Below are positions 40,142 to 49,714 of a stretch of 64,000 bases of DNA, in pieces. Source of the DNA: an uncultured Bacteriovoracaceae bacterium (GTDB lineage: Bacteria; Bdellovibrionota; Bacteriovoracia; Bacteriovoracales; Bacteriovoracaceae). The notes beneath the pieces are model-generated. The model searched no databases, was not told the DNA's origin, and worked only from the letters and a program-made list of their open reading frames with translations. Numbering within the stretch: position 1 is the stretch's first letter; each line of letters opens with the position of its first letter. The stretch covers positions 96,001 to 160,000 of the forward strand of contig CAXGUD010000002.1 of NCBI GenBank assembly GCA_964012805.1, read 5' to 3'. The translations under genes were made by a program, and so were the position numbers.

Positions 40142-43100
40142 TTAATTCTTTTTAATTTTTTTTATTCCCTCATTTAAAAGGTTTACTACGGTGTTAACCT
40201 TGAAATTCCCAGCACTTTTTTCAAGTTTTTCTAGAAAAGGAATGAATTCATAAAAACCTAGTTTTTTAAAATCTTTTTTAATTTTTTTTGATTCCATTTC
40301 TATTTCTGTTAATTCCATACTTTGCCGCCACTCAAGGAACTTTTCATAAACCTCTGACAGCATCTTCTCCTGCAACTGCGTCATTTTTTTTGGAATATTT
40401 AATTCATAAGAGTCATCCTTATTAACATTTTCATTTTTTTTAAATACTTCAGTGGTGTGCTTTAAGAAAGTTGCTAATTCTTTTATAAAGGTTTCCCTTT
40501 CAATGGGTTTTTGCAAGAAACTATCAAACCTACCTTTTACTTCCTCTTTAATCTTTAAAGCAGATATTAATATGACTGGTACATCCATACCCTTCTCTTT
40601 CAATATCTTTATTGCATCATAAGCATTTAAAACGGGCATATCATAATCTGTAACTATCAAATCTGGTTTAAATTTTTCTGCTTTTTCAATTAACTCTTTA
40701 CCGTTAGATGCGGTTTCTAATTTCAAATTATGAGTAGCTAGATAGGCTTCGTATAACTGGATATTTAGGGCGAAGTCGTCAACAATTAAAATCTTACTAC
40801 CAGTGAAACTATAAATAAAATCTCCTATTTCAATTTTCCCTTTCGAAAAAGAAACATTTTTTAAACTTATTGTGAAAATACTGCCTTTATTGAGTTTAGA
40901 CTCTACAGAGAGATTCCCTCCCAACCCATTTATAATCTTATTAGAAATGTAAAGACCAAGACCACTTCCCCTCTCATTTATATTTTTTCTTTCATGAATT
41001 TGAGAGAATGAATCAAATATTGTTTCCATTTTTTCAGCCGCCATACCTACACCGGTATCCTCAATCTGAATTAAAAGATCCAATTCTTTTTTCTTATCAT
41101 CTTTTTTGTGACAACCAACCTTTATACTAATTTTTCCAACTTTTGTGAACTTAATGGCATTATTTAAAATGTTATCTAAAACCTGTTTAAGTAAAACTTC
41201 ATCGGTTACTATGAACTGAGGTGTTTTCTCATTTATTTCTAATTGATAATCCAAGCCCTTCCTTGTACACTCGCTACCATAATGCAGTGAAATTGGCTTC
41301 AAAATATCGCTTATATCACATTTACTTTTTACAAATCGAATCTCATTTAATTCAATTTTTGTAAAATCATGAACAGAATTGACCAATCTAAGGAGAGACC
41401 TCCCACTAACATTTATTGCATCAACAAATGATCTTTCCCTACTATTCCAGTCCTCAAAATCCATTATTTCTTGTAAAATTTTTGAAAATCCTAGTATAGC
41501 GTTCAAAGGCGTCCTTAATTCATGACTCAAACTGGCAAAAAAGAAATTTCTTTCTTTTTGAATTTTTTCCAATTTTTGATTGCTTTTTAAAAGGGCATCG
41601 TTGCTTTTTACAAGCTCTAAATTCGTTAGATTTAATTGATTCGTTCTTTCATTCACTAATATTTCTAGCCCATCTTTCATTTTGGAAATTTCATCGTAGG
41701 CCTCTTTCAAATCTTGTGTTGTTTTAACTTGTGCATTAGAGTTGTGTTTAAAGTCTTCAATAGCGCTATCCATTACGGCACTCTTTAGAGCTAATTTTTT
41801 TTTAAGACTCTCATTTTCAATTAAAAGGTTTTTATTTTTTATTACCAATGACTCTTTTAAATTATTTAAATTTTCGTCCCCCAATTTTTCTATATTTTTT
41901 TTAAGAGGAATTAATTTAAATTCTGAATATTTTTTTTTCCTTAACAATCTAAAGATTTTTTTGCTAGGAGCATCTAAATATGAAAAGAAATCTCTATCTT
42001 TCGATAGTTCTATATGTTCATTTTCAGTTATTAAAATGCCCTTAACTTTCATAGAATAAGTGATTTTATTTATAAATTCATCTCTGATACTTTTTTTAAA
42101 ATGGGTTAAGACATTTTGACAAAATATAAAATCATAGTTGTAGAAAGAGCGGTTTCCTAAAAAGTTATCTGAAGTAAAAATAACATTTGAGTATATATAT
42201 TGTTTAACTGAAAAAGTGACTTCTTTAATATCCAAGTATTTGTGATATTTTTGAGGTATATTATTTAATAATTTTAAGTGAAAGACAGGGCTTGTTAAAA
42301 ACTTTCTCATATTTTTCTTATATCTATCTAAAGAATATATACTGTATTTTTTCTCTTTAAAAATATCGTGAAAAAACAAAAGTATACTTATGAGTTCTTC
42401 ACCACTTCCAGGACCAATTATCATTATTCTTATTAACTCAATACCAGTAAATTCTGATTGAAATTTTTGATTTTTTAAATCCTCATATACTTGTTTATGA
42501 AAAAAGAAAGATGACGAATGAATATCCATACTCTCATAAAGAGAAAATAATTCGACTTTGTCACTTATAAATTTAGATAAGTATTTATCAATCTTATTGG
42601 TCAGAGATTTGTCCTTACTTTTTGCGGTAATCATGGCCCTTTTTAATATTTTTTTAAATATAAAGGTTTTTTTAAAATCCTCAAAATCCATTCCTTCTTC
42701 AATAAAAAAAGAACGGATTGATTCCTCAAACGGTTTATTCTTTTCTGCTAGAAATACTCTAAACTCTTCAGGATGACTAAAAAATGTATCTAAGGATTCG
42801 ATAATTTCTGTTCTATCAACTTCAAGGTTTACACAACCCACCTCATTAAGGATCCTTGAAAGAAGAGCTGCCTTATTTTCATCAGTTTTTTCAATTATAC
42901 AAAAAGCACCACGCTCACCAAACTCTTTTGCCAAGGATATAACTTCATTGCTAAATTCATTTTTTAAAATAATCAGAACAATTTTTTGAAAACCGATTTT
43001 ATCATCTATATAACGACTAACCACTTCATCAACAAACTTAATCTCCATTTCTTGAAAATCTGATTGTCGAAGGATTCTAAATTCCGATTCTATTGAGATG

Positions 43101-43159
43101 GAATTTTTAATATCTTTTACTAGACCATTCAAAAATGAATCGTCTTCTTTTCCTCTCAA
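40142..43159 (-). CDS. Degenerate CheB/CheR-fused hybrid histidine kinase (HisKA-HATPase-REC)
   Basis: GMDFEDFKK, GPGSGEELISI, YDFIFCQNVL (CheR-like); SHELRTPLNAI; PDLIVTDYDMP; start may be ATT at 43195. Confidence 0.8.
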   Translation of the reverse strand: MRGKEDDSFLNGLVKDIKNSISIESEFRILRQSDFQEMEIKFVDEVVSRYIDDKIGFQKIVLIILKNEFSNEVISLAKEFGERGAFCIIEKTDENKAALLSRILNEVGCVNLEVDRTEIIESLDTFFSHPEEFRVFLAEKNKPFEESIRSFFIEEGMDFEDFKKTFIFKKILKRAMITAKSKDKSLTNKIDKYLSKFISDKVELFSLYESMDIHSSSFFFHKQVYEDLKNQKFQSEFTGIELIRIMIIGPGSGEELISILLFFHDIFKEKKYSIYSLDRYKKNMRKFLTSPVFHLKLLNNIPQKYHKYLDIKEVTFSVKQYIYSNVIFTSDNFLGNRSFYNYDFIFCQNVLTHFKKSIRDEFINKITYSMKVKGILITENEHIELSKDRDFFSYLDAPSKKIFRLLRKKKYSEFKLIPLKKNIEKLGDENLNNLKESLVIKNKNLLIENESLKKKLALKSAVMDSAIEDFKHNSNAQVKTTQDLKEAYDEISKMKDGLEILVNERTNQLNLTNLELVKSNDALLKSNQKLEKIQKERNFFFASLSHELRTPLNAILGFSKILQEIMDFEDWNSRERSFVDAINVSGRSLLRLVNSVHDFTKIELNEIRFVKSKCDISDILKPISLHYGSECTRKGLDYQLEINEKTPQFIVTDEVLLKQVLDNILNNAIKFTKVGKISIKVGCHKKDDKKKELDLLIQIEDTGVGMAAEKMETIFDSFSQIHERKNINERGSGLGLYISNKIINGLGGNLSVESKLNKGSIFTISLKNVSFSKGKIEIGDFIYSFTGSKILIVDDFALNIQLYEAYLATHNLKLETASNGKELIEKAEKFKPDLIVTDYDMPVLNAYDAIKILKEKGMDVPVILISALKIKEEVKGRFDSFLQKPIERETFIKELATFLKHTTEVFKKNENVNKDDSYELNIPKKMTQLQEKMLSEVYEKFLEWRQSMELTEIEMESKKIKKDFKKLGFYEFIPFLEKLEKSAGNFKVNTVVNLLNEGIKKIKKN

Positions 43160-43219
43160 AATAAAAATTAAACCTTTATTTTTATCTTGATTAATGGTCC
43201 TCCTCCTTACTAAGATACT

Positions 43220-44983
43220 CTAAGACAGGAATTTTACTATATTTATAAGTTGTCTTTCCAACCCATGTACATTTAAAGATACCTCCACCTGATTATTTTT
43301 TCTTATATTTAGGGAAGAAAAATCTATCATACCTACTAAAATTAATTTTTGTTTAGGCCTTAATTTTTCTATTAGCTTATTAATAAAATTCTCATTATTT
43401 CTTTTTTCGTCAACCAATTGAGAACCGCAAATATAAACTATATTTCGACTTTCAAAATTATCAATAATTTTGGCAATTTCGTTGGCGTCCTCAACAATTC
43501 CTGCATTAAAAGAAACAAGATCCTTCTCAGCTAAAAGTAATTCATATTGGATCGACTCTAATTCCCAAAACTTATTTGGCCCCGAACATAAAATAAATAA
43601 ATCTTCTAATTTTTTAGAGTTTTGGCCATATATGAGAGGATTAAAAAACCTTCTAAAATAAGGAGTCATACTTATTATCTGTTTTTCTTCTAGGGTATTT
43701 GATAAAATCATCTCCTTCATATATTCAAAGAGCCCAGAAAAGAAACTTAATGAAACCCCCATTATTAAAGGGCCCTTATTTATTTTATGTAGTTCGTGAA
43801 TTAAAATTTTTTCGTTCCGTGAAGTCAATGCTATCTTTATTTTTGTGAGACTTTCTTTTTCATCTAATTTTTTAATGACATCCAAAGATTTTTCTAATTC
43901 AATTTCTGTCTCACCTCTACTCTCTATTTTTTTTAGTTCCTCATCCTCCAAAGATGCAAGAGATCCAATACTTATTCCCCTTTCAATTCCCTTTTTTAAT
44001 AGATTAATTCGCCTGATATCATCGTCAGAATAAATTCTTTTACCCTTTTCATTTCGAAAAGGTCTTAAAGCATTATGGCGTCTTTCCCAACTTCTAATTG
44101 TATTTTCTTGAACACCTGTCAACTGACTTGCAATCTTTATTGAATATATATTCTTTTTATTTGTAAGGAGTTCATATTCAGTACGGTCATCTATTGAATG
44201 AATAATTTTCTCTAAACAACCACTCTCATTCCATACAGGGTGGCAATTAATATTTAGGTTTTTATTTTTTTGATCATTATCATTGAAATAATCAACCCTT
44301 GTGGGTATTTTACTTATAAAAAAGTCCCAATTTTCTTTTTTAATTGTTTTAAAAGACTGGTAAGCCTCAATAATATTATCTTTCTTCTCTTTTTCTAAAT
44401 CTTTAAATAAGGTTTCAAAAATATTTTTATTTTCTATTTCTTGTCCAAAAACTCTTTCACTTTTTTTTGAAGTGGGGCCAAGAATTAGACCATTTTCAGA
44501 AACCCAAAAAAAGGATTGCTCCATATTATCAATCATATTATTTATTTGAACCAATTTCGCCTTCAAGTTTTCCTGACTTATTTTTAAACTAAGATGAACA
44601 TTTATTCTTAAAATAAGCTCTTCTTCATGAACTGGCTTAACTATGTAGTCATTGCCATTCGCCTTTAGGGCCTTAAGCTTATCTTCTATTGTATTTGCCG
44701 CCGTTAAAAAAATGACCGGTATATCTTTAAATAAACTATTTTCTTTAATCTTTTTACAAGACTCGACACCACCCATTACCGGCATGTTGATGTCCATTAA
44801 AATAATATCTGGATTGAATGCATAACATCTATCGATTGCTTCTTTTCCATCTGAAGCAACAACGATTTTTAACTTTTTTTTGTACTTTTTTAAAATACTT
44901 CCAATGAGTTGAATGTTGTTTTCTTCATCATCTACAACTAACACTTTTTTTTCGTAAAATTTATCTTTCACGTTTACTTCCAA
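43220..44983 (-). CDS. Response regulator: REC + PAS-like + MerR HTH + degenerate CarH-type B12 domain
   Basis: VLVVDD, DIILMDINMP, KP; YSIKIASQLTGVQENTIRSWERRH; C-terminal Rossmann-like region. Confidence 0.8.
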   Translation of the reverse strand: MEVNVKDKFYEKKVLVVDDEENNIQLIGSILKKYKKKLKIVVASDGKEAIDRCYAFNPDIILMDINMPVMGGVESCKKIKENSLFKDIPVIFLTAANTIEDKLKALKANGNDYIVKPVHEEELILRINVHLSLKISQENLKAKLVQINNMIDNMEQSFFWVSENGLILGPTSKKSERVFGQEIENKNIFETLFKDLEKEKKDNIIEAYQSFKTIKKENWDFFISKIPTRVDYFNDNDQKNKNLNINCHPVWNESGCLEKIIHSIDDRTEYELLTNKKNIYSIKIASQLTGVQENTIRSWERRHNALRPFRNEKGKRIYSDDDIRRINLLKKGIERGISIGSLASLEDEELKKIESRGETEIELEKSLDVIKKLDEKESLTKIKIALTSRNEKILIHELHKINKGPLIMGVSLSFFSGLFEYMKEMILSNTLEEKQIISMTPYFRRFFNPLIYGQNSKKLEDLFILCSGPNKFWELESIQYELLLAEKDLVSFNAGIVEDANEIAKIIDNFESRNIVYICGSQLVDEKRNNENFINKLIEKLRPKQKLILVGMIDFSSLNIRKNNQVEVSLNVHGLERQLINIVKFLS

Positions 44984-45001
44984 TATTTTATTTCGATTTG
45001 A

Positions 45002-45029
45002 ATATCGGAAAAAACAGTGTTTAATTTTA
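45002..45029 (-). promoter_or_regulatory. Sigma-28-like promoter
   Basis: TAAA-N16-TCCGATAT on the minus strand. Confidence 0.55.
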
Positions 45030-45195
45030 TGCCTACTTCAGGGTAAATTATTGATATTATTTATAAACATTACTTATTTATTATCTTTTTTTACCTTTCA
45101 ACTTTTGTTCATATCATTTCATTTAACGCATATTTCAAACATCATTTAAAAAGAACTAAAATTAAAGGAGGGGTAAATTAGTAAGAGAGGTTTTT

Positions 45196-45558
45196 ATGAA
45201 AGTCCTTCTCGTTGACGACTCTACCAGTTGTAGGTTGAGAGTTTGTAAGATCTTTTATGATTCCCGTCAGAGTTTTTCTGTATATCAAGCTGAGAACGAG
45301 GATGAAGCACTTTCAATCATTGAAAAATGGGGTAAATTTGACATTATTTTTTCAGATATCAATATGCCTGAGATGGACGGCATAACTTTACTGAAAACCC
45401 TAAGAGAAAATGAGAAAACAGAATGCCCTGAGGAATTAACAAATATTGGCAAAAGATTTAAGGCAAATGCCTTGTTACTTAAGCTGGAAAAGTCTCAAAC
45501 AACTATTATGGCCTTAAATCAAGGGGTTCAAATAACTAATACACAAAAAGGCCAATAA
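45196..45558 (+). CDS. CheY-like single-domain receiver with an apparent internal deletion
   Basis: VLLVDD, DIIFSDINMPEMDG; beta-4 segment missing. Confidence 0.7.
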   Translation: MKVLLVDDSTSCRLRVCKIFYDSRQSFSVYQAENEDEALSIIEKWGKFDIIFSDINMPEMDGITLLKTLRENEKTECPEELTNIGKRFKANALLLKLEKSQTTIMALNQGVQITNTQKGQ

Positions 45559-45574
45559 AATTAGGAGAAAACAA

Positions 45575-45721
45575 GTGAAGAAATTTACACCGGAAGTCGT
45601 CGATTGGTGGATAAAATGGAACCAAGTATTTCACGAAGAGGAAATAAATAAAGATGAAGCCGAAAAACAACTTATTATTCTTAAAAATCTAGTTGACGCC
45701 TTAAAAAAGTACTCCAGATAA
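45575..45721 (+). CDS. Unannotated 48-aa small protein
   Basis: AGGAG RBS then GTG; MKKFTPEVVDWWIKWNQVFHEEEINKDEAEKQLIILKNLVDALKKYSR. Confidence 0.6.
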   Translation: MKKFTPEVVDWWIKWNQVFHEEEINKDEAEKQLIILKNLVDALKKYSR

Positions 45722-45926
45722 ATTCCTCAATTACCTTGTTTAAACTAGCAAAAAAACGACGTTTTAATTAATCGCTGTTTTTAATTTACTTATTTTAATT
45801 TTAAATAATTCAATAGGTTTTTTAAAAATGCCATTTATCTTTTTTTAATGTTCAAAAGTATTTTTTTGTTGGCAAAATCGCATATAATAAGACTAAAAAA
45901 ACTAAAGATATGAATATGTGCAATCA

Positions 45927-46346
45927 ATGAAAGTCTTAATCGTCGATCAAAACATTAATACCAGAGAAAGCTTAACTTTGGGGTTAAATAATTCTAAAAA
46001 AGAATTTGCTGTTTTTTACGCAAATGATGGTGTTGATGCACTTTCTCTATTACAAGAGGAAGTTAAAATAGACCTCATAATATCTGACCTTAATTTGCCA
46101 AGAATGGGTGGTATTTCTTTGTTGGAAATCTTAAGAAAAAGCAAATCCACAGTTTCGTTTATTTTATTTTCATCGGAAGCTCCTGAAAAGCTTTCCCAAA
46201 TCTCAAAATCACTGCAATTGAGTGGTTGGTTTTTAAAATCATTTTCCAGCACTATGGAACTGAATACCAAAGACATCATTAAAAGGTTGGAAGGCTTCTC
46301 TGACCAATTAAGCGCACTAAAAGAGTACGAATCCTTAAAAAGTTGA
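45927..46346 (+). CDS. CheY-like single-domain response regulator
   Basis: VLIVDQ, DLIISDLNLPRMGG, FLK; ATG 45927. Confidence 0.8.
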   Translation: MKVLIVDQNINTRESLTLGLNNSKKEFAVFYANDGVDALSLLQEEVKIDLIISDLNLPRMGGISLLEILRKSKSTVSFILFSSEAPEKLSQISKSLQLSGWFLKSFSSTMELNTKDIIKRLEGFSDQLSALKEYESLKS

Positions 46347-46454
46347 GGTTTTTCTAATTAACTTATTTAAAGAGTGAAGAAATGGTAGGCCCTATTAATT
46401 TATCTTAAATTGAGGAAAAATTTAATAATAGATCAACAATATCTTGGAAGTTAC

Positions 46455-47330
46455 GTGAAAAGATCACAAGCAGTTCTCGTTACAGGGGCCACCTATGGCA
46501 TAGGGAGGGCCATTCTTGAAAAATTTTCCAAAGAAGGAAGAAGGGTTATAGCCGTCGCAAGAAGTAGGGATAAACTAAAAGACCTTGTACAGGATATAAG
46601 AAGTCGTGGGGGTGAGGCCGATTATATATGTGCTGACTTAAGTGACCCAACTGCTGTAAAAAGATCGATGAAAAGTCTTTTAAATCGACTCGCTCCCTTG
46701 GATACTGTCATTTTAAATGCTGGTAACTCAAATAATATGGCATTTGAGAACACGACTGATAAACTCCGTAGAGAAGAATTTGATCTTAATTATTTCTCCC
46801 CTGCACTCATTATTGAAATCTTACTCCCCCATCTTTTAAATCAAAAAAACCCCCATATTATATCGATTGGTTCTCTGACTGGTTTTGTCCCCTTTCCAGG
46901 TAATTCTAATTATGCCTCCTCAAAAGCTGCCCTCTACCACCTTATGAGAAACTTAATGATTGAATTAAAAGATGAAAACATACACTTGGGTATTGTTATT
47001 CCCGGGCTTGTCATGACACAACTTTCAGAGGGAATGGGAGGCATAATACCTGCCTTAACTTCTGAGGAAGTTGCCGAATCAACTTATGAATGCTACCAAG
47101 ATGAGAGCTTTTCTGTTATTCCTGGACTTACAAATAATTTAACTTACCTTTTTGACCGTCTTTTTCCCGAGCTATTTTCAAATATCATTAAAATATTTGG
47201 TCCTTCATTCATACCAAGCTTTCCGGTTAGGAAAACAAAAGAGAATCAAAAAAAACAAAAGAGAAAAGTAAAACCTGAAGTTAAGACAAAAAACCAAATG
47301 AAACTAAGAACTAAAAAGGCACGTGCTTGA
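46455..47330 (+). CDS. Short-chain dehydrogenase/reductase
   Basis: TGATYGIG, LNAG, YASSK; probable GTG start 46455. Confidence 0.88.
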   Translation: MKRSQAVLVTGATYGIGRAILEKFSKEGRRVIAVARSRDKLKDLVQDIRSRGGEADYICADLSDPTAVKRSMKSLLNRLAPLDTVILNAGNSNNMAFENTTDKLRREEFDLNYFSPALIIEILLPHLLNQKNPHIISIGSLTGFVPFPGNSNYASSKAALYHLMRNLMIELKDENIHLGIVIPGLVMTQLSEGMGGIIPALTSEEVAESTYECYQDESFSVIPGLTNNLTYLFDRLFPELFSNIIKIFGPSFIPSFPVRKTKENQKKQKRKVKPEVKTKNQMKLRTKKARA

Positions 47331-48439
47331 AAAGAAAAATTCTTATTACAGGTGCTCTGGGTTTTATTGGGCAATACCTAATAAAGAATTGCTTTAAAAA
47401 TTACGAAATCCTGGGGGTGGATAATAAAAAACCAGAAAAAGACCTTAATAATGACTCCTCATTTTTTAAGCTGTATAATGTCGACCTTAGGGACTCGCAA
47501 TCAATTCAACAATTTTGGAAGGAAATAGAGCCATTTCACAAAGAAATAGAGGCCATTATTCATTTAGCTGCCTATTACGATTTTTCAAATAAGCCGCACC
47601 CAAATTATGTAAAATTACAAATTGGACTTAAAAGCCTTCTTGATCTCATGGAAAAGGATCTACCAAAGAGTTGCTGCTTTATCTCTGCAGCTTCCATGGC
47701 CTCATTTAGATCAACAGTACCAGGTATCCCGCTTACGGAAAAGTCCTTACGTTCTATCGCTTGGGAATATCCAAAATCTAAAGTTTTTAATGAGGCCATA
47801 ATCGATAACTTCAAAACAAAAAAAGTCAAAGTACATTTGATTTTGGCCGCAGTTTACTCTGATTTTTGTGAGTTAGTCCCTCTTTATCAATCTATCGAAT
47901 TGTTAAGGAGTAAAAGTCTTCAAAGCTATTTCTATCCAGGTCCTTTAAAAAGAGGTCTTACTTATCTACATCTAACAGATGCAGGAAAAGCGTTTGAAGA
48001 AGCCCTTTCTTTTTCAAAAAAGAAAAACATTAGAACTCTTGCAGATCAAAATGAAAGAAATAATTATCGTTTTTTAATAGGAGAGGAAAGGGCCTTTACT
48101 TACGAAGACATCCATAGAAAAGTGACCCTTTATTTTAATAAAAAGTTTAAATACCTTCTGAGGGTACCTAAATTTTTGGCATCTATTGGTTATCTACTTT
48201 TATGGCCTTTCAATTTTTTTCAAAAAAGATCATCTTTTATAAAACTGTGGATGATTCCGTTTTCAGGTGAACACTTTGAATTTGATCTTAAAGTTTCCAA
48301 AAAAGAGCTCAATTGGAGACCTCAAAAATTAATACATGAAGAGTTTCCAAGTATTTTAGAAAAAGCAAAAAAACATAAAGACAAATGGCATGAATTAAAT
48401 CAAAAGAGGCCCTGGAAAAGGGCTTCTCTTAAAAGCTGA
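47327..48439 (+). CDS. NAD-dependent epimerase/dehydratase family protein
   Basis: TGALGFIG, HLAAYYDF, YPKSK; coupled to the SDR. Confidence 0.85.
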   Translation: MKRKILITGALGFIGQYLIKNCFKNYEILGVDNKKPEKDLNNDSSFFKLYNVDLRDSQSIQQFWKEIEPFHKEIEAIIHLAAYYDFSNKPHPNYVKLQIGLKSLLDLMEKDLPKSCCFISAASMASFRSTVPGIPLTEKSLRSIAWEYPKSKVFNEAIIDNFKTKKVKVHLILAAVYSDFCELVPLYQSIELLRSKSLQSYFYPGPLKRGLTYLHLTDAGKAFEEALSFSKKKNIRTLADQNERNNYRFLIGEERAFTYEDIHRKVTLYFNKKFKYLLRVPKFLASIGYLLLWPFNFFQKRSSFIKLWMIPFSGEHFEFDLKVSKKELNWRPQKLIHEEFPSILEKAKKHKDKWHELNQKRPWKRASLKS

Positions 48440-48462
48440 AATTTTTTTGTAACAAAAATTTT

Positions 48463-49539
48463 TTAATTAAATTGAGAAAGTATTGTATCCCAAGAAATAA
48501 GTTTAAAGTTTTGACCTTTAAAAGTTTTTTCGGAATCATAGTTTTCGTCGTCCTGAACAATAAAAAGACCCATCGGATATAATGGTCCCAAATTTAAAGA
48601 TGTTGAAGTGATCCCATCAGTATGTGTTACACCATCAACTCCTTCAGAACCTTTTATGGAGAATCGCCCTTTGTAACTATGTGACCCATATAAATCAAAG
48701 ACAGCGAATTGATTTTTAGACTGCACAGAGACAATGAGGAACTCAATCCCTCCAGCATCGTAGATGGCCATACCCTCTAAATCGGCTGCCAAATCAAATT
48801 GTGGTATTTCAGCGATAAGTTTTTTATTTCTATAGCCATACTGTGTCTTTTTATATTTCCAAAGTCCTCTTGATTCTTCTGCTATAAAAAGATCTCCGTT
48901 TTTTTGATTGAAAACACAGCCTTCATTTTTTTCCTCAACTCTTAAAATTTGCTTATTTTTTAATTCCCACCCATCATCACTTTTTTGATAAACGAAAACC
49001 TGAGCATTTCCTTTTTTACCAGTTACGGTTATGTGAAGATCACTCTTAAAAACCATTGAGCAAACGCCGTAAGACTTTACTTTTGTTTTTATGACAGGAG
49101 AATCTTTCTTTAAGTACGGAAATGACTCAGAAAGAGTGAATAGTTGAAAACCTTTACCTTTAATAGATAAAACAGCGCCTTCTATCAAACCACTCTGTCT
49201 TCCAGGCCCAGTAAAAACGTCTATATTGTTGGTCTTTTTCATTTTTATAATATGTTTAAGTTTTCCTTCAAGGTTATAAATAAACACACCTTCTTTTTTA
49301 TGAGTGCCAAATATAAGAGAGTTTTCTGGGTTTTTAGTCACCCAGATGGCAGGGTCGTCAAAGTAATCATCAAAACTTTCATAAGACTCCGTTTCTCCTT
49401 TAGCGAAGATAGAGGCTTGCGAAAAACTTGAAACCATAGCCAAACTTACCGCTAAGAACACAAAAACAATAAACAGCGTTTTCTTTTTTTGTGGAGGGTT
49501 ATTCATCTCTAATCCTTGGTTGTGTTTTTTTTCATACAA
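48463..49539 (-). CDS. Beta-propeller phytase (3-phytase)
   Basis: DDPAIW, NNID, EGCV, FIAEE, ADLEG, TDG, GLFIVQD, QNFK. Confidence 0.9.
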   Translation of the reverse strand: MYEKKHNQGLEMNNPPQKKKTLFIVFVFLAVSLAMVSSFSQASIFAKGETESYESFDDYFDDPAIWVTKNPENSLIFGTHKKEGVFIYNLEGKLKHIIKMKKTNNIDVFTGPGRQSGLIEGAVLSIKGKGFQLFTLSESFPYLKKDSPVIKTKVKSYGVCSMVFKSDLHITVTGKKGNAQVFVYQKSDDGWELKNKQILRVEEKNEGCVFNQKNGDLFIAEESRGLWKYKKTQYGYRNKKLIAEIPQFDLAADLEGMAIYDAGGIEFLIVSVQSKNQFAVFDLYGSHSYKGRFSIKGSEGVDGVTHTDGITSTSLNLGPLYPMGLFIVQDDENYDSEKTFKGQNFKLISWDTILSQFN

Positions 49540-49714
49540 TTATTTAACCTCATAAAAGCTAGCATCCGACCTCATAAAGACAAGTGAAGCCTTTCTTTTT
49601 AACTTTTTCCTAACTTTTTTTTTACAAAATTAGTTTTACATTGAAAACAAAAAACATCTTCTTTACAAAAGGTTTAATCTTATTAAAAATGATAAAAGTC
49701 AAAAGAGGTCATCT

